DNA from: Breznakia blatticola
GTDB lineage: Bacteria; Bacillota_I; Bacilli_A; Erysipelotrichales; Erysipelotrichaceae
Length of the DNA: 32,000 bases
Reading direction: 5' to 3'
Assembly (NCBI RefSeq): GCF_004365815.1
Contig: NZ_SODD01000019.1
Coordinates: 1-32,000, forward strand
The notes under the pieces are model-generated. The model did not search any database and was not told where the DNA came from. It saw only the letters and a program-made list of their open reading frames with translations. The translations under genes were made by a program, and so were the position numbers. This document shows, piece after piece, positions 1-7,639 of the stretch (position 1 is its first letter; every line of letters begins with the position of its first letter).

Positions 1-58
1 TTTACCATCACAAGAAATGCTTTAAAGACACATAAATTATTCAGTACTTATCAGTGAT

Positions 59-781
59 TTATCGAGACTTGGTATGCACTGGTTGAATTAAGCCTAAAAT
101 AAATAAGAAAATATTAATGAAGTCTAAGTATAGTTCTAATGCCATGTAAATTGATGCACGATTTACCATTTCTGAATCATTTTGATAACGTGCATAAATC
201 GTCTTCATTTTTTGAGCATCCCATGCAGTTAAACCTACAAATACGATAAGTCCAATAAATGAATAGATAAATGAGTCTCTACTCCATCCAAATAGCATAG
301 AGATAAAACTATAAATAATCATTGCAAACAATCCAGCCATTGCGATTGATCCAATTTTTGTTAAGTCTTTTTTCGTTGTTAATCCAATCACCATCAAACA
401 AGCAAAGTAAACTGCTGCCATCGCAAATGCTTGTGCAATTGTTGCAACGTTATAAACAATTGGTAAAACTGAAAACGTAACTCCTGTAATTGCTGCATAT
501 CCTATAAACAGTGCTAATGCAACTGCAGGCTTTACTTTGAAGACTAGTGAGCTAAAAGCAATAACAATTGCAAATTGTGCAATTACAATTGCAATCACTC
601 CAAAGCGACTGCTGAAAATTGAATACATCATCTCAGGAGTATTAAACAAATAAAATGCTACTCCAAAAGTGACTGCTAATCCTAGAAACATCCATCCGAA
701 TGTTTTCGTTAATTGTTTACGTAATGAATTCTCATTGTTAATGGATAATTCAGGTCCATTTTTCCCTTCATAAGTTTCCAT
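59..781 (-). CDS. Bax inhibitor-1/YccA family integral membrane protein
   Basis: 240-aa ORF with about 7 hydrophobic helices. C-terminal signature ASIYMALELYLDFINIFLFILGL is typical of BI-1/YccA (UPF0005). AGGAGG lies 8 nt upstream of the ATG on the minus strand. Confidence 0.85.
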   Translation of the reverse strand: METYEGKNGPELSINNENSLRKQLTKTFGWMFLGLAVTFGVAFYLFNTPEMMYSIFSSRFGVIAIVIAQFAIVIAFSSLVFKVKPAVALALFIGYAAITGVTFSVLPIVYNVATIAQAFAMAAVYFACLMVIGLTTKKDLTKIGSIAMAGLFAMIIYSFISMLFGWSRDSFIYSFIGLIVFVGLTAWDAQKMKTIYARYQNDSEMVNRASIYMALELYLDFINIFLFILGLIQPVHTKSR

Positions 782-889
782 GAGTAATTTCCTCCTTTGG
801 TATAACTTATCATATCACACCTATATATAGTTTCAAGTGAGTTCACCATAATTTCATATAGCTATACTCATGTTTTTCATTATAAAAAA

Positions 890-918
890 TTGTTATTATT
901 CGAAATTCATTCTATAAT
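890..918 (+). promoter_or_regulatory. Candidate sigma-A promoter for the 945..2264 gene
   Basis: TTGTTA (890-895), 17-nt spacer, TATAAT (913-918), about 27 nt upstream of the start codon. Confidence 0.35.
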
Positions 919-944
919 ATATATGATTCACGGGGGGACTATTC

Positions 945-2264
945 ATGTTACAAAAAGTAAAGGGAGCTTTTAAGAAGCTAAGAAATGTGTGTGTTACATT
1001 ATTTATATTATGTTGTGTCATCATAAGTGGCTGTGGTGTTGAAGCATCTGATGATACATCGAAAAAATCATCTGGTGCTACACTCTCATCAACTCTTTCG
1101 ACTTATGAAGGACGATTGATTCCTTTAAAAAACAAAAATGCAGATGCTAAACAAAAAGCCGCTGATGAAGAAGCTAAGAAAAAGGAAGAGGAAGAAAAAA
1201 AGAAGAAAGAGGAAGAAGATGCAAAACGAGAAGCGGAAGCAAAAGCGTATTTAGAAGCGCAAACTGCCAAAGAACAAGAACGTTACCGAATTGAACAAGA
1301 ACGTCAAAAAGCCGCAGAAGAAGCGGAAAAGAAAGGACAGTACAACCCATCATATTATGATTTGCCACGTACATTACAGTACTATTCTCAACGCGATCCA
1401 CGTTGGGCAAGTCACGCATTCAATCCGGCTTGGAATATGGCAAACTCAGGTTGTGTTCCTACTTCATTAGCAATGGCATTAACTGCTGCTGGTATACCTG
1501 TATCACCAGTAACTGTAGCTGACTATTTATACTACAATACCAATGAGTTCAACAAACAATACATTGGTACAACCGGCGTTGGTATACGTATTGCAGCTGA
1601 ACATTATGGAGCAACATCCACAAACTTAATGAGCCAACAACAACTTGTCGAAGCACTTGCCAAAGGACAAACAGTCGTTGCTGCAGTTGGTCCAGGTAAC
1701 TGGGCACCTGCTGGAGCATCTCATGCTATTGTCTTAAACGGATATAGCAATGGATATACCTATGTGTATGATGTATATAGTGATACACGTAGTGGTGCAT
1801 TCTTAGTTAGTTCCATTTGGAATCAACGAAGTAGCGATCCAGTTGATGCAAACGATGGCGGTGCATTATTCCATGCAATTACAAAAGTAGAGGTTGTAAA
1901 AACAGAAGACACCATTTGGGTAGATGAAGCAGGTAGTGTTCTACGTGCTAAAGAAAATGGAACAAAACTAGATAATGATGGCATTTCAGATATTCCTGGA
2001 TATTCCGTTGTTTCCGCTACAACTACTACAGATGAAAATGGAAATATGCATACAGTAAATACATATCACAGAATTGTGACAACCACTGTATGGCAAGATG
2101 AACAAGGTACAATCCTAAAAACAAAAATCGAAGGAAATATGCCAGACAATGATAATGTATCTGATATTGCTGGTTACATTTTATTAGAAATCAAAACAAT
2201 TAAAGATCCAAATGGCGATACACGTATTATCAACATTTATCGAAAAGCAGAAGCAAGTGAATAA
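945..2264 (+). CDS. Secreted lipoprotein with a K/E-rich spacer, a C39-like (papain-fold) cysteine peptidase domain and two C-terminal MucBP-like repeats
   Basis: Signal peptide ending in lipobox-like ISGC. Charged tract KKKEEEEKKKKEEED...AEEAEKK. YYSQRDPRWA...NSGCVPTSLAMAL...HAIVLNGY matches the Peptidase_C39_2/YvpB-type pattern. G-rich SD (GGGGGG) before the ATG. Confidence 0.7.
   Translation: MLQKVKGAFKKLRNVCVTLFILCCVIISGCGVEASDDTSKKSSGATLSSTLSTYEGRLIPLKNKNADAKQKAADEEAKKKEEEEKKKKEEEDAKREAEAKAYLEAQTAKEQERYRIEQERQKAAEEAEKKGQYNPSYYDLPRTLQYYSQRDPRWASHAFNPAWNMANSGCVPTSLAMALTAAGIPVSPVTVADYLYYNTNEFNKQYIGTTGVGIRIAAEHYGATSTNLMSQQQLVEALAKGQTVVAAVGPGNWAPAGASHAIVLNGYSNGYTYVYDVYSDTRSGAFLVSSIWNQRSSDPVDANDGGALFHAITKVEVVKTEDTIWVDEAGSVLRAKENGTKLDNDGISDIPGYSVVSATTTTDENGNMHTVNTYHRIVTTTVWQDEQGTILKTKIEGNMPDNDNVSDIAGYILLEIKTIKDPNGDTRIINIYRKAEASE
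1911..2243 (+). repeat. Two tandem 58-aa (174-nt) coding repeats at the C-terminus of the C39-like lipoprotein
   Basis: TIWVDEAGSVLRAKENGTKLDNDGISDIPGYSVV...NGNMHTVNTYHRI aligns with TVWQDEQGTILKTKIEGNMPDNDNVSDIAGYILL...NGDTRIINIYRK. The W residues are 58 aa apart. Confidence 0.75.
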
Positions 2265-2266
2265 CC

Positions 2267-2309
2267 AAAATGAGTAAGCAATTGCACGTAGCAGTTACTT
2301 ACTCATTTT
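2267..2309. terminator. Bidirectional intrinsic terminator between convergent genes
   Basis: 12-bp stem AAAATGAGTAAG / CTTACTCATTTT with A-run and T-run flanks, placed between the stop codons at 2264 and 2312. Confidence 0.6.
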
Positions 2310-2311
2310 TT

Positions 2312-3733
2312 CTATTTCATAATATGTTGTTTATAGTATTTAGATTGTTTACGTAGTTCTTTATCCACATATGTAAATCCATACGTTTCAACTAACGTTT
2401 TCTTATCTGAGAATAAATTTGTTCCTAAGTTCAAACGATCTCCTTCGATTGTAACCCCCATACTAGCTAATACAGTTGGAAACATATCTAGTGTCACAAA
2501 CTCGCGATTGTATGGTTGTAATGGCTGTACTGCGCTATTTAAAAAGCAATTAAAGGTTGTTCGTTCATACGACTTATCATAGGTTGAGCGAATATACCCT
2601 GCTGCCATACTTAAGTGATCTCCACTAATAACAACCGTTGTGTCTTCATAGAAATCTTGTTGTTTCAACCAATCTAAGAACTCTGTAAGTTCTTTAATAT
2701 CACAAGCAATAACATTACTTAATCGCTCACTGTATTGTTCTTTACACTGCGCATCAACATACCCATATGGATGGTGTGTATCGACTGTTAACATCGCAAA
2801 GTAAAATGGATCCTCACTTTTAGCAAGTTCAAGCAGTTCTGATTTGGCAAAATCGAATAGTTTACGATCTTCATAACCCCAGAATTCTTTATAGTCCTTT
2901 GCTAAAAATCCGTGTTCTTTCGCATAACGCAAATCAAAGATTTTGAAATCTCCATGATCTTTAAAATACGATTGTCTTCCACCAAAAGCAGCATCACTAC
3001 CAATAAGGTATTCCAGTTGATATCCTTTGGCTTTTAAGATATCTCCAAGTGCGGTTAATCCTGGAAAGAATGGTTGTGATTCACTAAATCGTTTGCAGTT
3101 CAAAGGAACAAGCAATGGTATTCCAGCGCTTTGTCCAACAAGACCTCCTGTTGTCCAACCTGTCCCTGATAATTCTTTAGCACCACCTAAATTCTCCTTA
3201 TGCGAGAAATGCACGTTTTCTAAAGCATAATCACTAATTGGGTATAGTAAATCATCTTTATAGTTTCCACCCTTCTCAACACTACTATATGTGTTCTCAA
3301 GTGATTCTACATAAATGTGAATCAAATTACGTTCTTTCTCGGGGAAAGTCAGTTTCACTTTACTAGCATCGACATAGTTTTCTTCATAGAAATTCGTTTT
3401 TCTAAACAAGTTAACAACCCATCCAAAAATACCAACTTCTTGCATCGCAAGTATAAGCAATCCAACAAGAGCTCCATAACTTAAAATAGCCGCAATGTCA
3501 TAAAATAAGAAATAAATCACTCCTGCTATAACCAGTGCAATAACTAATGCCTTTATAAAACAAAGTTTTACCCAGTCAATTAAGAATTGTGGATTAGCCC
3601 CTTCTAAAGGTACCTTTAAATGAAACACAATTTGTTCGAAACATGATAATCCAAAATATTGTATCGCCCACCGCGCACTAATATATGCTAGTAAACCGAT
3701 AAATAGGATTAATAAAATTACATAATAACTCAT
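2312..3733 (-). CDS. LTA synthase family / sulfatase-fold phosphoglycerol-type transferase (short form)
   Basis: N-terminal TM helices followed by an extracytoplasmic domain with SGTGWTTGGL, MLTVDTHHPYGY and VVISGDHLS motifs, characteristic of LtaS/MdoB-like alkaline-phosphatase-superfamily transferases. Confidence 0.7.
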   Translation of the reverse strand: MSYYVILLILFIGLLAYISARWAIQYFGLSCFEQIVFHLKVPLEGANPQFLIDWVKLCFIKALVIALVIAGVIYFLFYDIAAILSYGALVGLLILAMQEVGIFGWVVNLFRKTNFYEENYVDASKVKLTFPEKERNLIHIYVESLENTYSSVEKGGNYKDDLLYPISDYALENVHFSHKENLGGAKELSGTGWTTGGLVGQSAGIPLLVPLNCKRFSESQPFFPGLTALGDILKAKGYQLEYLIGSDAAFGGRQSYFKDHGDFKIFDLRYAKEHGFLAKDYKEFWGYEDRKLFDFAKSELLELAKSEDPFYFAMLTVDTHHPYGYVDAQCKEQYSERLSNVIACDIKELTEFLDWLKQQDFYEDTTVVISGDHLSMAAGYIRSTYDKSYERTTFNCFLNSAVQPLQPYNREFVTLDMFPTVLASMGVTIEGDRLNLGTNLFSDKKTLVETYGFTYVDKELRKQSKYYKQHIMK

Positions 3734-3740
3734 TTTCGTA

Positions 3741-4217
3741 TTATACCACTACATCAAGAAATGATGCATGTAAAATTGATTCAAATGCATCTTTACTTGT
3801 CTCGATTTGTTGTCCAATTTTTCCTGCACTTACAATTATCGTATCAAGTGATAATGCACTTGCATCAATAACTGTTGGGAATAATTTCTTCATTCCAAAA
3901 GGTGAACAACCACCACGTACATATCCTGTTAGTGGAAGTAATTCTTTAACATGGATTAATTCAACCGATTTTTCTTTTACTGCTTTTGCGGCTTTCTTTA
4001 AATCTAATTCATGTAATACAGGAATTACAAATACATAGTGTTGTTTACTTTTGGCTACACATACAAGGGTTTTGTATATCATCTCTGCTGGCTTTCCAAT
4101 TTGCAAAGCACTTTCTCCAGGTTTACCATCTTCACTTGGTACATAACTATATGTATGATATTCAAATTTCTTTTGTTCAAGAATACGCATTGCATTAGTT
4201 TTTTGTAGTTTCTTCAT
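3741..4217 (-). CDS. ybaK: Cys-tRNA(Pro)/Cys-tRNA(Cys) deacylase YbaK
   Basis: 158 aa. TNAMRILEQKK...YKTLV...LDLKKAAKAV...TGYVRGGCSPFGMKK..PTVIDAS aligns along its whole length with the E. coli YbaK pattern. Its stop lies 7 nt upstream of the LtaS-like start, so the two are probably co-transcribed. Confidence 0.85.
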   Translation of the reverse strand: MKKLQKTNAMRILEQKKFEYHTYSYVPSEDGKPGESALQIGKPAEMIYKTLVCVAKSKQHYVFVIPVLHELDLKKAAKAVKEKSVELIHVKELLPLTGYVRGGCSPFGMKKLFPTVIDASALSLDTIIVSAGKIGQQIETSKDAFESILHASFLDVVV

Positions 4218-4302
4218 ATGACACTTCCTATCTATTACTTTATATAATACTTTTTCAAAACGAGTCTATATATACCGAATCATTCACATATTATGCTTTA
4301 TA

Positions 4303-5505
4303 TTACATTTTCTCAAGCGATTCTAAATCAATTCGATAAAGCTTTTTCTTTGATATTTTTTTACATGTTATTATTTTCTTGCTACTAAACTCTCGAAGAA
4401 TTTCACGGATTTTTGATTCCCCAATTGAATGAATTGTTTTTAATTCACTAACCGATAGACCATCATCTTCAAAAAGTGAATTTTGAAGAAGCACATATAG
4501 AAAATTAATTTTTTTCTCTTCTGTCGTAATCATCTTAAGTTTATCTATATAGAAGTCTAATTTAAATTTTGTTGCTTTTAATTCCTTTCTTAAACTTTTA
4601 TATGAATCCAATAAAAAATCAATAAAAGTATAAACAAATGGGGTTAAATCTCCTTTATTCTTATCATCATTGCATATTTTAAATGCATCATAATAATCAT
4701 TAATTCTATTTTTTATAGAACAAGACAGCTTTAAACCCGCAAAAAGTTCTAACTCCTTGCTCAGTAAATAACTACTTATAAACCTACTCATTCTTCCATT
4801 CCCATCATAGAACGGATGAATATATCCAAACATATAATGAAAAAGAGCAATCCTTACCAACGTGTTTAGTTCATTATGTTCGTCATTAACGAAATCTAAG
4901 CATTCTTGCATTGTTTCAATTATAACTTGCTCAGGATATAATCCTTTATGCAGAACTTTTTGAGTAGCACTTATTACATTTACAATTTCCTTTCTAAACA
5001 TTTTTCCGTCTGGTTTATCTTTGTCTTCAATTTCATTTAAAACGAATGCATCATAAAGCTTCCTAACATTCTCACATGTTTTCAAGTTGATGTTTTGCTT
5101 GTTTATAATACTACTATACTTATTTACAAGACCAATAAACCTAGTATCTAGGTTCTTCATTTTTACTTTTTTATCTTCTTCAATTGCACTCTCAATTTCC
5201 TTTTTTGTACTAGAAACTCCTTCGATTTCATTGGTGATCATAATTTCCTCAATTAGTATCATCTGTTGAAACGATTGCTTTGCTACTTCTGGCAAATCAT
5301 TGAATAAATCTTTTATAACACCACTGAGTTTATATACCTCAGCTATTTTATTCGAAATTTCATTATTAATTACAAAAAATGAAGGATTTTCTTTAACTCT
5401 AAAATTCAAATGAACAGATGACTCACTATAAAATCTTTGCTTATATAGCAATTCATAATTATCAGGATTTTTATAAAACTCTTTTGAAAGTAATAAATAC
5501 GCCAT
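4303..5505 (-). CDS. Fic family protein (class II, cis-autoinhibited), C-terminal wHTH-like region
   Basis: Fic motif HPFYDGNGRMSRF (aa 230-242, nt 4783-4818). Inhibitory-helix motif TNEIEG = (S/T)xxxE(G/N) (aa 91-96, nt 5218-5235). AGGAGG SD. Confidence 0.9.
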   Translation of the reverse strand: MAYLLLSKEFYKNPDNYELLYKQRFYSESSVHLNFRVKENPSFFVINNEISNKIAEVYKLSGVIKDLFNDLPEVAKQSFQQMILIEEIMITNEIEGVSSTKKEIESAIEEDKKVKMKNLDTRFIGLVNKYSSIINKQNINLKTCENVRKLYDAFVLNEIEDKDKPDGKMFRKEIVNVISATQKVLHKGLYPEQVIIETMQECLDFVNDEHNELNTLVRIALFHYMFGYIHPFYDGNGRMSRFISSYLLSKELELFAGLKLSCSIKNRINDYYDAFKICNDDKNKGDLTPFVYTFIDFLLDSYKSLRKELKATKFKLDFYIDKLKMITTEEKKINFLYVLLQNSLFEDDGLSVSELKTIHSIGESKIREILREFSSKKIITCKKISKKKLYRIDLESLEKM

Positions 5506-5565
5506 CTAACTCCTCCTAACCTACGAAAATCTTTTATTATTTAGATTTTCAACAACTTTACCAAG

Positions 5566-5574
5566 ATATTATCA
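5566..5574 (-). promoter_or_regulatory. Extended -10 element (TGATAATAT) upstream of the Fic gene
   Basis: TGnTAATAT on the minus strand, about 60 nt upstream of the Fic start. No good -35 at 17-nt spacing. Confidence 0.3.
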
Positions 5575-5669
5575 TGTTTCGTGTTAAAAATCCACGTTTT
5601 CAACAAGTAAAATGAATTCAGTTCGCTTTTCTACTATTTGTTCTTTGATTTTCACCAATTTCAACAAAC

Positions 5670-5703
5670 AAAAAAAAGACACTTCACTATATTGTGAAAT
5701 GTC
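5670..5703 (-). terminator. Intrinsic terminator of the PEPCK-like gene
   Basis: Minus-strand RNA GACAUUUCAC-AAUAUA-GUGAAGUGUC (10 bp, one U-G wobble) followed by U8. It starts 11 nt after the stop codon. Confidence 0.8.
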
Positions 5704-5713
5704 TAAATGAGTT

Positions 5714-7408
5714 CTATCCTTCTTGGATGAATTTTAATAATTCTTGAGCAGCTACGTTAATACCATCACGGTCACCACGGTCAAGACCTAAGTGTGTGAA
5801 GATTTCTCCAACGTAGATGTTGTTTGCTTTCAATGTATCAAAGACTTCATCAATGATTGGATCACAAACTTCTTGTTTTTGCATTGGTCCAAATGGGTTA
5901 GCAAAGTACGTAGTTGATAAACCAACTTCTTGCGTTGTTCCTTTAGCCATACGTTTACCTTCAACGAAGATTGGTTTTGCTTCATCCATATCTTCAATTT
6001 GACGCATACCTAAATCTGTATCGTAGTTATTTGCATAACAGAATAAATCGATTTTATGGTTACGTGCAATTACGCTATATGGTGCAGCAGGTGTGATAAC
6101 ACGTGCATTCAATACATCTGGGTTGATGAAGATTGAGCGGTCCATATCACGGTATGGAGTTCCAGGATCTAAGTCATCAAGTCGGATGAAGGCACCAATT
6201 TCTGTACCTTGTCCATAAGGAACACCATCTTCGATGTGAATCGTTCCCATGTCATCAAAGACAACTTCGATATCTTTAATTACATCATTACCTAATGCTT
6301 TTAAGGCTTCAATTGATTCTGATTTACCAGCTCCACTATCACCCATTAACATAATACCTTTACGTTTTCCATCGTAAAGTGTGATATTAACAAAGGCACC
6401 GTGAATTGGTAACCAACCACGTCTCATCATAACAAGGTTGTGTAATGTAAGTACCATTTTCTTCATATATCCAAAGTATTCTGCTTGTTGCATGTAAGAA
6501 ACACTACCTACATAAATATCGTTTTCTTCATCATAGAAGAATTTCGTTTCATCTTTACCATCTTGATTTGCAAATTGGACAATTGCATCTGGTTTTTGTT
6601 GTGCTTCTTCTGGGTTTGCTAATTCAAATAAGTTAGCCAGTGATACTCCACTACAAGTGAAATCGCGGTGGAAGTAAATATGTACTAATAAATCCCCAAC
6701 TTTTGCAGGGTAGCAAAACCAAGTACTCTTATCTCCAGTAAAGTATTCTACAGGGTTTCTATCCGTTTCTTCAAACATACCTGTACGTTTGTTTGATCTT
6801 GTTGTTAAGATCATTGGTGTACGTAACATTACTGCTTCAATCATAGGGATATCCGCAAACGCTTTATATGTTTCAGGGAACGCTAACTTACGTGCACGAT
6901 ATGTTGACATCGCTGAGTTCGTTCCTGCTTGTAACTGACGGTACACACCACTTTTTCTTCCTTGAAGTTTTTGTTCAAGGAAACGGTATGAACTACGAAG
7001 TAATGTATTGAAGTTAGAATCTGAAAGCACGAAGCTTGATGCATTTCTACCAGTGTAACGTTGTCTTGTATAAGAGAAACGTTGGTGAGATTTCCAGTAG
7101 TTGTATAGACCTTCGACAAATTCAAGTAATTTCGCTTTATCTGTTAAGTAGTAATCATCAATTTCATCTGGATTCATTACGATGAGTTGACGGAACACGC
7201 GTGATAGTGCACGTGTAGCTTGATCCATTGTAAATCCATTAGTTACCCAAGCATGTAAGTCTGGATCACGTTTTTCCAAATGTTTTAAATATTTTTTCGC
7301 AAATAAACCTAACGATCTAGAACCGAGTAGTTCAGACATTGATGTAGGGTATGCTAAGTCGAAATTAATAATCGCCACATTGTCATGTAAATATAGTTTT
7401 TCTTTCAT
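5714..7408 (-). CDS. Divergent phosphoenolpyruvate carboxykinase (ATP)-family protein with an HPr-kinase-like P-loop
   Basis: 564 aa. Colinear with PckA landmarks: YTGRNASSF (compare TGRSPKDKF), YFGYMKKMVLTLHN (compare YGGEMKKGMFSMMN), LPIHGAFV (compare MHCSANV), P-loop GDSGAGKSE at nt 6317-6343 (PckA has GLSGTGKTT; HprK has GxSGxGKSE), FDDMG (compare GDDEHG), LNARVITP (compare NTRVSYP). GGAGG SD. Confidence 0.6.
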   Translation of the reverse strand: MKEKLYLHDNVAIINFDLAYPTSMSELLGSRSLGLFAKKYLKHLEKRDPDLHAWVTNGFTMDQATRALSRVFRQLIVMNPDEIDDYYLTDKAKLLEFVEGLYNYWKSHQRFSYTRQRYTGRNASSFVLSDSNFNTLLRSSYRFLEQKLQGRKSGVYRQLQAGTNSAMSTYRARKLAFPETYKAFADIPMIEAVMLRTPMILTTRSNKRTGMFEETDRNPVEYFTGDKSTWFCYPAKVGDLLVHIYFHRDFTCSGVSLANLFELANPEEAQQKPDAIVQFANQDGKDETKFFYDEENDIYVGSVSYMQQAEYFGYMKKMVLTLHNLVMMRRGWLPIHGAFVNITLYDGKRKGIMLMGDSGAGKSESIEALKALGNDVIKDIEVVFDDMGTIHIEDGVPYGQGTEIGAFIRLDDLDPGTPYRDMDRSIFINPDVLNARVITPAAPYSVIARNHKIDLFCYANNYDTDLGMRQIEDMDEAKPIFVEGKRMAKGTTQEVGLSTTYFANPFGPMQKQEVCDPIIDEVFDTLKANNIYVGEIFTHLGLDRGDRDGINVAAQELLKFIQEG

Positions 7409-7639
7409 TAAATTACCTCCACTCCATTAAACATTAGTACCATTGTACACTAAAACACCAGTAAAAAAAAGCATTTTTGAAAAAAGTTTCTTTGCTATAA
7501 TGTAAATTGTTTCATAAATGTAAGTATATTCATTATGTAGTATTCATCGACGATTCGTTCATAAAAAATAAAGACTTGTACTTTTTTACGGTTTTATTTT
7601 CCTGTATACTAATACTATAAAGAATATAAAGAGGGCCTT

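Noticed and set aside
1174-1419. 81-aa minus-strand ORF opposite the K/E-rich region of the C39-like lipoprotein.
   Set aside because: It is the antisense of a GAA/AAG-rich tract (giving Leu/Phe/Ser-rich nonsense), has no SD, and sits inside a well-supported gene.
5506-5713. Possible separate Fic antitoxin gene (class I Fic/VbhA-type) or a mobile-element boundary next to the Fic gene.
   Set aside because: There is no small ORF with an SD in the spacer, and the (S/T)xxxE(G/N) inhibitory motif is present in cis within Fic (TNEIEG). I found no integrase, transposase or convincing flanking direct or inverted repeats. A weak resemblance between CGTTTTGAAAAAG (the reverse complement of sequence near 4250) and CGTTTTCAACAAG (near 5595) is too short to call.
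7409-7639. Divergent promoter region between the PEPCK-like gene and the permease gene; TGcTATAAT at 7493-7501 and TATACT at 7605-7610 are candidate -10 elements.
   Set aside because: No -35 element lies at proper spacing for either candidate and the strand assignment is ambiguous, so I cannot support a specific promoter call.
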